Source of the DNA: an uncultured virus (IMG/VR IMGVR_UViG_3300033571_026375)
Lineage: Duplodnaviria > Heunggongvirae > Uroviricota > Caudoviricetes
DNA: 57,799 bases
Direction: 5' to 3' (one strand)
Virus record (IMG/VR): IMGVR_UViG_3300033571_026375
Location: 62,001-119,799 of that record
A program made the position numbers and the translations under genes. Under the pieces are notes generated by a model. That model had not been told where the DNA came from, did not search any database, and was given only the letters and a program-made list of their open reading frames with translations. Shown one piece after another: positions 18,428 to 28,113 of this stretch. Positions within the stretch are counted from its first letter, which is position 1, and each line of letters begins with the position of its first letter.

Positions 18428-19474
18428 TTATTTTTTCCTATTAAAATTTAATTCTTTGAGCTGATCTCTAATGTTTTGTTTCACATCCGGTAAATCCGCG
18501 TCTTTGATAGTTCCTGCATTCAATACCGTACTAACTTTATTTTGTCTTTTCAAGAGATTTTCCGGACTATTCAATTTTAAAATATCATCTCTTTGAGCTG
18601 CTGAATCAGCCATGAGAAAAACTTCGTTAGCTTTTTTCATGCGATCAGATCCCAATATATTATTTACACTCTTTTCCTGTTTTTGTTTCTTATTTTCTCT
18701 TTGGTTATGAATCATCCATCCCTCAAGAGCATCGTCATCCTCTATAATTTCTTTTTCAGGACACTCTGGATGTTCATATACTCTATCATACATTAATGAT
18801 ATACTAAGAATAGCCTTTTGTTCTTCATTAAAATCTATAATACTATATGGAAATAAATGATTTTTATTAATAGCATAATAATTACGCCAATAGTCGCTAC
18901 GAGCAAGAGCTTTTAACGTGGATATATCTATAATATTAGAGCTAATCTTATGAATTAAATGATTAAATAGCTGATAATTATTATTGTTATAAAATATTAA
19001 ATTATTAGTTTGATAAATATATAATGTATTACTAATAATAAATTCGTTTTTAATATTAGCGCAATAATTTTCTAAAGTTAAAAAATCTAAACTATGAGAT
19101 AGATTAAATAACTCATTATATCTGGTTCTAGTAGAAGCTAATTCTTTTCTATATTTAGTTTTCTTAGTATTATCAAAAAAATGATAGTATAAATCTACCT
19201 TAATATTTTCAATTTTTTTCTCCAGCATTTCCATATCTTTTTTATATGCTGGGTATACTATGTCTAATTCAAATAATAAGTCTTCTATATTATCTTCTAA
19301 AATAAATGAACTAGAATATAAATTGTCTTCGTATGTATTGTCGTATAATAGATTAGCCTGAAGTCTTATATCTATACTAGCAGACCTCAACTCGTATAAC
19401 ACATCTTTGTGTTCTATAAGTTGCTTACCAGATAAAATTCTATTTACAAATTTTTCTAGTTCTATTGTTTTCAC
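18428..19474 (-). CDS. Hypothetical protein, possibly a tail assembly chaperone partner
   Basis: 348-aa ORF with a GTG start abutting the upstream stop. Located between the tail tube and the TMP. Confidence 0.65.
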   Translation of the reverse strand: MKTIELEKFVNRILSGKQLIEHKDVLYELRSASIDIRLQANLLYDNTYEDNLYSSSFILEDNIEDLLFELDIVYPAYKKDMEMLEKKIENIKVDLYYHFFDNTKKTKYRKELASTRTRYNELFNLSHSLDFLTLENYCANIKNEFIISNTLYIYQTNNLIFYNNNNYQLFNHLIHKISSNIIDISTLKALARSDYWRNYYAINKNHLFPYSIIDFNEEQKAILSISLMYDRVYEHPECPEKEIIEDDDALEGWMIHNQRENKKQKQEKSVNNILGSDRMKKANEVFLMADSAAQRDDILKLNSPENLLKRQNKVSTVLNAGTIKDADLPDVKQNIRDQLKELNFNRKK

Positions 19475-19475
19475 A

Positions 19476-19625
19476 TTATTCTGTCTGCTTAGCTATAATA
19501 GAATTTTGTAAACTAGATATCTCTTTATCTTTATCATCTAGTTGTTTTTGTAATTCTGTAATAGCTTTTTGAGACTGAACAATATCTACATACATTTTAC
19601 CTATTATAGTAAAAATTTCTTCCAT
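19476..19625 (-). CDS. Small coiled-coil protein, 49 aa (not in the ORF track)
   Basis: Read manually: MEEIFTIIGKMYVDIVQSQKAITELQKQLDDKDKEISSLQNSIIAKQTE*. It has a GGAAGGA RBS and fills the gap, with its stop adjacent to the next start. Confidence 0.75.
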   Translation of the reverse strand: MEEIFTIIGKMYVDIVQSQKAITELQKQLDDKDKEISSLQNSIIAKQTE

Positions 19626-19659
19626 CGTGTCCTTCCTTTTGAATCTCTGTAACTAATTA

Positions 19660-20718
19660 TCAACTAATTGGGAACGTGCTATCGCTCTCATAAATATCAG
19701 TACTATAGTTTACAGTACCTGTTGGTGCGCTATAGGTGAAATCATTGTAAGTTTGATAGCTATAAGTTACTGTTGCATTACCACCACCAGTATCACCACC
19801 GGTATAGTTAACACTTGTTAATTTATTCTTCTTACCAAGATCAATTGTTGTACCGTCACAAAGCCTAATCACAATTTCTTTGTTAGTGAGAGCTTTAGGA
19901 TTGTTACATACAGCTTCGGTATTTCCTGCAACACCGACTAAATCGCCGTCACCAGCAACACACTCAATTTCGCATGTTACTTCAACAGGGAAATTCACGT
20001 AGCGATAGTATGGAGTACGCTGACCTAGTCTATAGATACTTTCTCTACCTAAATTCATACTAACACTAACATTTTGAATTTTCATACCGGAGGGAATGCC
20101 TCCGCTAAGATAAGATAGGGTAGAAGCAGCATTAGCGGCTCCTGTTGGTAAAACACTAGAAGAACTCCATAAACCACGACGCAAAATACCAACGCCGCTT
20201 GGGACTGCACTGCCAAGCTTGTTCTCATTAGCAGTTGCGGATGGGGATGCAAGCCAAACTTTGTCGTTACTAACTAGTGTAACTTCTTCTGTAAAATTAC
20301 CCTCCGTTGGGAAAGTATATGTTACACTAGATAAGTATGCTGGGACACATTCAACCGATGCTACCGGAGTGCCGGTATTAGCTGAATCTGTATCTTTGAA
20401 TAAATTTAATCTAACGCCGCAACGATGATTAGCCAATGTGCTAAGACTACCCGTGCCCATGGTCATAGCATACAAAGTAGGGTTATTATCTAATACTTTA
20501 TTAAGTGTAATTTCAACTTCTGGAATTTCTTCGTAGTTATCATATAATTCTAGCTGTCCAAGCTGATAAACTGGTTCAAGATTAAAATTGGTGTTCATAC
20601 CTACGCTCTGTAAGCCTCTAACAATATCATATGATGTATTTTGAGCACTTGCTGTGCCCGATGGGCCGTTAACTTCTACAGATTGACAAGCGTAGTAAAT
20701 TCTATTATTATTAGCCAT
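19660..20718 (-). CDS. Major tail tube protein with two tandem tube-like domains
   Basis: Located after the neck genes. Ser/Thr/Gly-rich beta protein with a strong GGAG RBS. Internal repeat LQSVGMNTNFNLEPVYQLGQ / IQNVSVSMNLGRESIYRLGQ. Confidence 0.75.
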   Translation of the reverse strand: MANNNRIYYACQSVEVNGPSGTASAQNTSYDIVRGLQSVGMNTNFNLEPVYQLGQLELYDNYEEIPEVEITLNKVLDNNPTLYAMTMGTGSLSTLANHRCGVRLNLFKDTDSANTGTPVASVECVPAYLSSVTYTFPTEGNFTEEVTLVSNDKVWLASPSATANENKLGSAVPSGVGILRRGLWSSSSVLPTGAANAASTLSYLSGGIPSGMKIQNVSVSMNLGRESIYRLGQRTPYYRYVNFPVEVTCEIECVAGDGDLVGVAGNTEAVCNNPKALTNKEIVIRLCDGTTIDLGKKNKLTSVNYTGGDTGGGNATVTYSYQTYNDFTYSAPTGTVNYSTDIYESDSTFPIS

Positions 20719-20755
20719 AATTTAATCTCCAGAAAATATTGTGTGTTATTGGTTA

Positions 20756-21712
20756 TCAGATAATAACTTGCGTGGTTAATCTTAATGTACACCAATATAA
20801 ATTTTTATTCGCGCTCTCCATATTTAATACACTGATTTCTTTGAAATAGCACAAATTCCAACGATAATTTTCTAACAGGTCAGTATAGCATAATCCGTTG
20901 GGATTGAGAGATCCATTATAGGTCAAAGGATAGGTTCCACTATTGACCACTTTATTAATATCGTATAAAATAATAGTCTTATTTTTCTGTAGACGAATAA
21001 TATCTATAATTTTATTGTTGTCTATCGCATTCTCAGTAAATACATGTAATAAAATATCTTGATCTACAGCAAAATCATAAGATCCTAATTGCCATGGTTG
21101 AGAATAGCTTCTAGAAATAGGCTCTATAACAATTGCTGGCATTTGAACCCTATGAGAAGCTCCTATAGCATATTCTCCAGAGTTTGCCTGATTAATTTGT
21201 GGGACCGGTTTGTATGTTAACTCTTGTAATTCTTTCCATTGTGGATCAGAACTATTTTTATATACTTGACACCATCTATAAGCATAATTGGCTCGTACAT
21301 TACTATTTATGGGGATGGAAGAATTAAAAATAACTTGTCCCATAGGATAATTGATGCTATATGAGATGGCATTATTTCCAGTAGGTCCAGGATAAAATGT
21401 ATTACCAATATATAAACCAGAAAATAATATTGGTTGATAATTATTGTATGTAATACCGGATTCCCAAATCCAGTCTTTTTTAAAGGTTTGCCATACTTGT
21501 CCATTACTATATCCTGGTTGGGATACTGGCTTTAATGAGCTGAAAGAGCCTCCGTATAAACCAGAAGTTGGAATATTAATATTTACAAAACCCCCGATAT
21601 TCAAAAAGCCCCAGTCTAAGAAGTGTTTCAGATTGGCCTCAAGCTGATTAAGTAGCTGATTTTCTCCTATATTTGATATATTATTAAATGTGTTTGAATG
21701 ATTACAACTCAT
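20756..21712 (-). CDS. Putative tail terminator/neck protein
   Basis: Start moved to ATG 21712 (MSCNHS), which forms an ATGA overlap with the upstream stop. Segment VQMPAIVIE...DILLHVFTE resembles tail-terminator patterns, and the gene directly precedes the tube gene. Confidence 0.55.
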   Translation of the reverse strand: MSCNHSNTFNNISNIGENQLLNQLEANLKHFLDWGFLNIGGFVNINIPTSGLYGGSFSSLKPVSQPGYSNGQVWQTFKKDWIWESGITYNNYQPILFSGLYIGNTFYPGPTGNNAISYSINYPMGQVIFNSSIPINSNVRANYAYRWCQVYKNSSDPQWKELQELTYKPVPQINQANSGEYAIGASHRVQMPAIVIEPISRSYSQPWQLGSYDFAVDQDILLHVFTENAIDNNKIIDIIRLQKNKTIILYDINKVVNSGTYPLTYNGSLNPNGLCYTDLLENYRWNLCYFKEISVLNMESANKNLYWCTLRLTTQVII

Positions 21713-22356
21713 ATATATCTCTCCAATTCTTTTTCTATTTGTTGCAATAGGGAGTCGTCTAATCTTTCTATAGCTCTTGTAACCCAATTATTGTTAACAG
21801 TACCAGCAAATTGAGCGGGAACTCTCCAATTAATTTTTTGAGAAGATACCATGATAGCAGAACCTGTTCTGGATCTTGGATTGTTACCCATTTGTACTGT
21901 ATAATTTCTAATTAAAATTTTGTTACCATCTAGTAATAACCATCTTAACCACGGGATAGTTGATCCGCTAGTATCATCAACTACTATAGATTCAGGTAAT
22001 GATAAAACATCAGAAAAATCTGACTTAATAATATCCAAACTAAATCCACCACTGAGTCTTCCGGCCCTGGCTGATAGGGGAGATTTTCTCAGATTAACAT
22101 TAGAGGACCATGCATCAAAAAGCCTATTGATTCTAGAATCTGCATCTGGAACACCCAACTCTGATCGTAGTTGCCCACTTAATAAAGATACATATTCTGG
22201 CTCAGCAAAAAGTGCTTGTTTAACATAGGTAGGTAATATTTTTTGTGTAGATGACTCTACTTTATCGAAAATAGGTTGTAGATAAGCTATAATAGCAGAT
22301 AAAATTTTACTATTTATTTGTGAGTCGGTATCTAGAATTTTGAATTGAATATTCAT
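21709..22356 (-). CDS. Putative neck/tail-completion protein
   Basis: Start probably ATG 22356 (MNIQFK, ATGA overlap with the upstream stop). Located between the head-closure-like and terminator-like genes. Confidence 0.5.
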   Translation of the reverse strand: MNIQFKILDTDSQINSKILSAIIAYLQPIFDKVESSTQKILPTYVKQALFAEPEYVSLLSGQLRSELGVPDADSRINRLFDAWSSNVNLRKSPLSARAGRLSGGFSLDIIKSDFSDVLSLPESIVVDDTSGSTIPWLRWLLLDGNKILIRNYTVQMGNNPRSRTGSAIMVSSQKINWRVPAQFAGTVNNNWVTRAIERLDDSLLQQIEKELERYI

Positions 22357-22874
22357 AATATTTTTTGCCACATAGTAATAATATAGTTATTATGTCCTAG
22401 TCCACATGGTTCGGGCTCATTAACTCTACTATATCTACGATGTCCGTAGCCGGATATTGTACTATCTATAATAATTTCTTTTGCATTTTGTAATTTAGGT
22501 AGTAACGATATGCTGCATATAGATTGAGCCATATTATTAGTAATGTTTACACTTTTAGAATCCCAATTAAACCAGTACTTACTATCGAACAGCATAGCTA
22601 AATAAACAGTTTCTTCTGGACTAAGATCAATAATACCATAGCTATTACATACAGGACATATGCCCATAGGAGCAAAAGGAGCAGGGCCGGTATTATTATA
22701 CATATTAGACGATCTTTGATTAATAGGATCAAAAATACAATTGCTACAGATGGCCTGTTTCAATGAACTATAGATAATTTTACATGGCACAGACAAACCA
22801 TTCTTACCAATCAGCGAATCAATAGCGCTATTATAAATGCTTTTCAATTCTGGGAAATTAATATTGTCTATCAT
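22353..22874 (-). CDS. Putative head-closure/head-tail joining protein with a Zn-finger-like insert
   Basis: 173 aa with CSNC...CPVC. First of three neck-region genes. Confidence 0.5.
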   Translation of the reverse strand: MIDNINFPELKSIYNSAIDSLIGKNGLSVPCKIIYSSLKQAICSNCIFDPINQRSSNMYNNTGPAPFAPMGICPVCNSYGIIDLSPEETVYLAMLFDSKYWFNWDSKSVNITNNMAQSICSISLLPKLQNAKEIIIDSTISGYGHRRYSRVNEPEPCGLGHNNYIITMWQKIL

Positions 22875-22900
22875 ATAAAACCTATGTGGTAAATAAAGTA

Positions 22901-25375
22901 TTATACACTATATGGGATTCTTTGTTCTTTAGTACCGGTTCCGAATACATACGGGAATGCTGGTACTGATAAATTATTATCCTCAAAAGTTAAATAATAA
23001 GCATATGTTCCGGATGGATATTCTGGGGTGACTCCGAATCTTCCGTTGAAATTATCTAAGTCTCCATATCCAGAAACATATACATAATCTTCTATAAATA
23101 ATCCCATAGGCAAAGAATATGGAGTATCTCCAACAACCATAGTGTTCCAATATTTCCAGTTTATTGGTCTATGGGTACTATCCGTAATACCAGAATAGCT
23201 CGGTCGCATTTTAATAATAGCACTATCTATATTCATGCTTCCAGAATAAGCATAAGGACCATATATAGGATAGCCATCTGTGCAAAAACCCAGAATCTTA
23301 GAATGTCCATCAGAGTGTCTAAAATAGTCATGATTATAGTGACTACCGCTATAATAGCTATTAGATTTTATTAATTTATCTGTTTCCCAACACCTCTTTA
23401 AAAATTTACCGTCTGTATACTTATATGAACCATCCACATTCACATAACCACCACAATCATCTGCTCCAAAAAAATGACTATTAAAAGATAGATTATATGT
23501 AAAACCAGATGGTGCCGATACGAATCCGGGTAGTGTTCCTGTGCCAGCTGATATAGATAAAATTGGAACACCATTATTCATTATTCCATGTATACCAGTA
23601 TTATTGATTCTCATAGGATTATGAGTATATTGACCGCCTCTATAATCCAATCTAAATGTATAATTTTGATCAACAATCACCGCTCCATTTTTGAAACCTA
23701 TTCTGGCAGAAGTACCATTATTATTAAGAGGGCGCCCTGCTAAAGCCGGATAAGGATCACCATCTGTAGATATTGCAAATTTATTTCCATCAAAAATCAT
23801 AGATGTATTACTCGGATAAGATCCACTATTATTAGAAATAGTTAATAAAGAAAAATCGAACCAGTTTTTGTCTAATGGAGATCTTTGCCAATAATTATTT
23901 TGTACACAAAAATAAAACCAGTCGCTATCGTATAGCAATGAGCCTGGGGTGCCAGAGCTAGTGGGATTAGATATGGTCCCGGAACTAACAGGATTATATA
24001 ATTTATCTGTTTTAATACTTAGTCTTTTATAACTATTACTATAGTCTATAGTAACTCCTTCTTCTCCTACTATATTGAGTCTGTCTCCATCTGTTAAGTT
24101 TATAATTATTCTATCATTGTTAGAAATATTATTTGGTGAAGATGCTATGATCAAACGAGTATCTGGTGGGGTAGGAAAATCGATAGATGATTCGTCTACT
24201 GTTAGGTATGCTAAGCTATTCCAGGAATTAGTGCCATTTCCTACTTTCATCCTATGGGTGTCTAGCTCGTATCCTATTTCTCCGATAGCTAAAGTAGGAT
24301 TAATACCTGTCCATTGAGACAGGGTGTCTCTTCTAACCCTAATTCTAGTATAATTACTGTCGTTATAGGATAACGGAGTGACAGGAGCACCTGATCGAGA
24401 TATGGTAATTGGTATGCTGGGTGTAGTATATTGTCCTTGACCAGCAGAATTTCTACCACCTACTCTAAAAATATATGTTTTGTCTAACTCTAAATTATCG
24501 ACAGCAAATGATGTTGAACTAGTAATACCAGCAACTAACCAGTTGGTAGAGTATATAGCATCACCAGACACGGGTCCGTATTGTATAGTGTAATCTGTTA
24601 CATTAGCACCTCCGTCATCCGCAGGATAATTCCAGTTTAAACTAACTTGTTTGTATGCTGTTTCGGATATAACGAGCGACTGTGGCTCAAAAGGAGGAAC
24701 CGGATCGTATACCAAATTCAATAGAGATGGACTAAGAGCAAACTCGTTGCCTATATTAATCACGCCTCCTGCTCCTAAGCCGGATCTTACTCCGCTAAGT
24801 ATCAGAATTATTCTATTATTTTTTTGCCACGATATAGAGTTATTATGAGGTAATAAGTGTTCGGTTACCGGTATGGATACCTGTGAGTTTGCGCTTACTG
24901 TGACAATCGATATATTAGTTTTTTTATAATCTCGGATAGTTGAGAAATTATTGCTTGGCAAATATCCGCCTGATTGAGAGCACGATGCTATATGTATATT
25001 TGTAGATGATCCAAAATCTGAAACTAGTGCTTTTCTGAAATCGCTCTCTAAAGCAGGAACGCTTATATTTACATTAATATTGGGGTCGGAACCCAATTGA
25101 GGAGCAGACGTTAGAGTCTTGTCATCTATCCCACTAGATAAATTTAAAATTAAATTAGCAGATACTAGTGCTCCTTTATGGATAGGTAAAGATAAATCTA
25201 TTGTGTTGACACAAAATCTTTCTATGATATTTTTATTATTTCTATAACCAGATGGATTATATCCTATTAATTGATAGTTTCCGTCTATATCCTCTATAAT
25301 TTGAGAATTATTTGGTTCTATATAAAAACCCTGTAATATACCAGAAGATAATGGAATAGATAAATTAAAGCTCAT
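22901..25375 (-). CDS. Virion appendage protein: FN3 + Mtd-N/hyaluronidase-N-like + degenerate YHYH domain
   Basis: FN3: LNWNYPADDGGANVTDYTIQY...YIFRVGGRNSAG. Fibre N-module: RIRVRRDTLSQWTGINPTLAIGEIGYELDTHRMKVGNG. YHYH-family motifs: HSKILGFCTDGYPIYGPY and LDNFNGRFGVTPEYPSGTYAYY. Confidence 0.8.
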   Translation of the reverse strand: MSFNLSIPLSSGILQGFYIEPNNSQIIEDIDGNYQLIGYNPSGYRNNKNIIERFCVNTIDLSLPIHKGALVSANLILNLSSGIDDKTLTSAPQLGSDPNINVNISVPALESDFRKALVSDFGSSTNIHIASCSQSGGYLPSNNFSTIRDYKKTNISIVTVSANSQVSIPVTEHLLPHNNSISWQKNNRIILILSGVRSGLGAGGVINIGNEFALSPSLLNLVYDPVPPFEPQSLVISETAYKQVSLNWNYPADDGGANVTDYTIQYGPVSGDAIYSTNWLVAGITSSTSFAVDNLELDKTYIFRVGGRNSAGQGQYTTPSIPITISRSGAPVTPLSYNDSNYTRIRVRRDTLSQWTGINPTLAIGEIGYELDTHRMKVGNGTNSWNSLAYLTVDESSIDFPTPPDTRLIIASSPNNISNNDRIIINLTDGDRLNIVGEEGVTIDYSNSYKRLSIKTDKLYNPVSSGTISNPTSSGTPGSLLYDSDWFYFCVQNNYWQRSPLDKNWFDFSLLTISNNSGSYPSNTSMIFDGNKFAISTDGDPYPALAGRPLNNNGTSARIGFKNGAVIVDQNYTFRLDYRGGQYTHNPMRINNTGIHGIMNNGVPILSISAGTGTLPGFVSAPSGFTYNLSFNSHFFGADDCGGYVNVDGSYKYTDGKFLKRCWETDKLIKSNSYYSGSHYNHDYFRHSDGHSKILGFCTDGYPIYGPYAYSGSMNIDSAIIKMRPSYSGITDSTHRPINWKYWNTMVVGDTPYSLPMGLFIEDYVYVSGYGDLDNFNGRFGVTPEYPSGTYAYYLTFEDNNLSVPAFPYVFGTGTKEQRIPYSV

Positions 25376-28071
25376 AATTTTTCTACTCCCAATCTGATTC
25401 CGGAGGTGAAAATTTCTCCGGATGTCCAGGGTTGATTGGTACCTGGATTTGTCATTTGGTAAAATTGAAATAGCCTATATGATGCTCTATCTGTTGTATG
25501 GATTGGTCCGAACCTCATATAATCATCATAATTAGCCTTAAACTTTGAGGTTGGTGGATCAAAATTACTAGTATATCTTGCAATATTTTGACTATATCTA
25601 TATTCATCAATAATGCCACTATAGCCTATAAAAATATATGGATAAGGGTCTCTTGAGCCCCAGTACGAACCATACCAAAGTCCATTTCCACCAAATAAAA
25701 TATTCTGTAAAAATGGCAAACCAGAAGTATCTGTTGATACATACGGATAAGAATTAGTTAAGCTATAAAGAACTGGCCCATCAATAATATCACTTGATTT
25801 TAACTTAGAGGGATACCAGATGGCAAAATTACCGTTATGATCTAGTATGGAGTTGTTATTATCATCGAAAAATTGCCATCCTTGACCTTTACGTCCGGAT
25901 GGGAAAGATAGTCTCTGATATGTTGTACCAGAAACACCATTCAAATACGCAATATACTGACCGGTATTAGGCAATGGATGGGATCTTACAAGAGCTACGT
26001 GATGCCATTCTCCAGTATTAGCAATAACAGGAAAAGGTAAAACTAATTGAGACGTTATAGAAGAGAGTTCCCAGGTGTTCTGACCGTCTTCATTTGGATT
26101 TATTTTTATAGGATGTTCTATTTTTATAGAAGATGGATTACAGGATATTCTATACCATTGTGAGTAGCTATTATAATTAAATGCTGGAATTATGTTAGGT
26201 AATGTCCTAGGAAAAGTATCCATAAGTACAATAGTATCATTTTGTCCTGTGAAGTTTACCCAAGACTCAATCGTAAATTTTTCTTCCTCGGGATGCTTCT
26301 GTATATTTGCTATTAATGATGATTGTTTTTGATTATCACTCAAAAAAGCAATTCCACTAGAGCCAAATCTATGATTAGAGGTATAATATGTTGAACCATC
26401 CTTTATAATAGGATGATTGTATTTAGAATAATCTCGAATAGGATCCTCTTCACCATGTATTAAGAGCATAACATTATTTCTGTGAGGATCGGAGATGCCT
26501 GTCTCAAAAACGTTTATAAAAGATGAATCTAGAAAATTTTTACGAGCACTATTATACACTTTTAATCCTGCGACAGCTTCACCAGGATTGTGTCTCCAAC
26601 GTGACAGAGGATCGGAAAATGATAAGGAGTTGCCATAGTTATCTCTACCTCTGCTATTAGCTGCATATATAATGCTGTTGATGACCCCTTTTTTATCTGT
26701 AAAAATATATGAAGAGTCTTTATCCATAGATGCTAATAGTCTTCTATCTGAAGACGATGTACTCTTACTCCATTCTGTTAGTCCATCAGAAATAATTTGA
26801 TTATTATTAAGAGCCTGTTGGGTATCATTATTATTGATGACGAAAGTTAATCCTGGAGTGAGTGGTAATATCTTAGAATCTGCACCTAGAAAATATCTAG
26901 GGTCATTACCTGTGTTATCAACCAAAGTTATATCATCAAATAATATTAATTGTCCTCTAGCATAATATGCCGAGTCAACAGGATTGCGGGGTCTCGGAAC
27001 CATAGAAAGATACTGAAAGAGTAGCACACCTTCATCATAGTAGTGAGCATTTCGCTCATATGTTCTATTAAACAATCTAATATTATCATATTTAAAACCA
27101 CTAATTTGTATCTCTATATCCCATAGATCTCTATCGGTATAAATATCAGTATTTTCTACTAGTGCATCTGTTCCCTCTACTTTTAGCTTTAGTCCTCCGC
27201 CTATATGATCAAATTCAAATTCAAAATGTGTCCATCTAGACGTAACATCGCTTCCTCTTGTGATACCTTTACCTTGGGATCTTATCGTATCATCATTAGC
27301 TATTGTCAGTATTTTACAAGGATTGCTAAGAGATGGGATTCCATTAGTATCCTGCGCACTATATAAAGGAGTAATTCTATAATTAGGTAAAGTATCTGAT
27401 AAATTTAAATCAAAAACTCCACTAATTCCATTATTTTGTTCCACCTGTAAACCGATAGATTGTCTCACCCCTGTATTTTGTGGGGGGTTGTACATCTTAA
27501 GTGGTAAAAGATGATCTCCGCTAATCTGTACTATGTTCAATAACAAACCAGTAACATTTCCACTACAAAATGCTAAAAATGGATGTTTATTTCCAAATCT
27601 TCCAGCAGGAAAGTCTACATTGTGGTAATCTAAATGTTTGGTTTCTATTCCTAAAGTTCTGATACCAAAATAAGATTTTGTTCCGCTTATAGAAGGAAAG
27701 CCACTTAGTTGAATATAACTTATAAATTCAAGATTATTAGGATCATTAACAGGAACATTCGTAAGAGCTAAAAATCCGGGAGGACTACCAAAACCAGGAT
27801 AATCATTACTCAGTATATAAGTACCGCAGTTATTGTCTGAACAAATAGTACTATAATGTTGACCACTAGGGACAATTCCATTATTTACAGAATATGTAGA
27901 GTATGTTGCCGATAATATTCCATTTGATGCTATCGTTTCGTTGCTATAGGTATATCCTCCAAAAGCATATCGTGGATATCCTGGCTTAGAATATTCGGTA
28001 GACCAATATTTTGGGTCTAATTGTTTAGTAAATGTGGCTCTGTCAAAACCATCAAAAAATAATGTGGCCAT
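25372..28071 (-). CDS. Virion protein with a LamG/concanavalin A-like domain
   Basis: LamG-type motifs LLIHGE, FTIESWVN, WHHVALVRS and GIIDEYRYS..ARYTSNF. Begins MATLFFDGFD and has a GGAG RBS. Confidence 0.75.
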   Translation of the reverse strand: MATLFFDGFDRATFTKQLDPKYWSTEYSKPGYPRYAFGGYTYSNETIASNGILSATYSTYSVNNGIVPSGQHYSTICSDNNCGTYILSNDYPGFGSPPGFLALTNVPVNDPNNLEFISYIQLSGFPSISGTKSYFGIRTLGIETKHLDYHNVDFPAGRFGNKHPFLAFCSGNVTGLLLNIVQISGDHLLPLKMYNPPQNTGVRQSIGLQVEQNNGISGVFDLNLSDTLPNYRITPLYSAQDTNGIPSLSNPCKILTIANDDTIRSQGKGITRGSDVTSRWTHFEFEFDHIGGGLKLKVEGTDALVENTDIYTDRDLWDIEIQISGFKYDNIRLFNRTYERNAHYYDEGVLLFQYLSMVPRPRNPVDSAYYARGQLILFDDITLVDNTGNDPRYFLGADSKILPLTPGLTFVINNNDTQQALNNNQIISDGLTEWSKSTSSSDRRLLASMDKDSSYIFTDKKGVINSIIYAANSRGRDNYGNSLSFSDPLSRWRHNPGEAVAGLKVYNSARKNFLDSSFINVFETGISDPHRNNVMLLIHGEEDPIRDYSKYNHPIIKDGSTYYTSNHRFGSSGIAFLSDNQKQSSLIANIQKHPEEEKFTIESWVNFTGQNDTIVLMDTFPRTLPNIIPAFNYNSYSQWYRISCNPSSIKIEHPIKINPNEDGQNTWELSSITSQLVLPFPVIANTGEWHHVALVRSHPLPNTGQYIAYLNGVSGTTYQRLSFPSGRKGQGWQFFDDNNNSILDHNGNFAIWYPSKLKSSDIIDGPVLYSLTNSYPYVSTDTSGLPFLQNILFGGNGLWYGSYWGSRDPYPYIFIGYSGIIDEYRYSQNIARYTSNFDPPTSKFKANYDDYMRFGPIHTTDRASYRLFQFYQMTNPGTNQPWTSGEIFTSGIRLGVEKL

Positions 28072-28113
28072 TTAATACTCCAGAAAGATATAATATAAGT
28101 ATATACCCCTTTG

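Noticed and set aside
17194..19625. Programmed frameshift between tail chaperone genes
   Set aside because: Each ORF has its own start and stop, and I found no convincing slippery site with an overlapping open frame.
20756..22371. ORF-track starts at 21787 and 22371
   Set aside because: The downstream ATGs at 21712 and 22356 form ATGA overlaps with the upstream stops and avoid longer overlaps.
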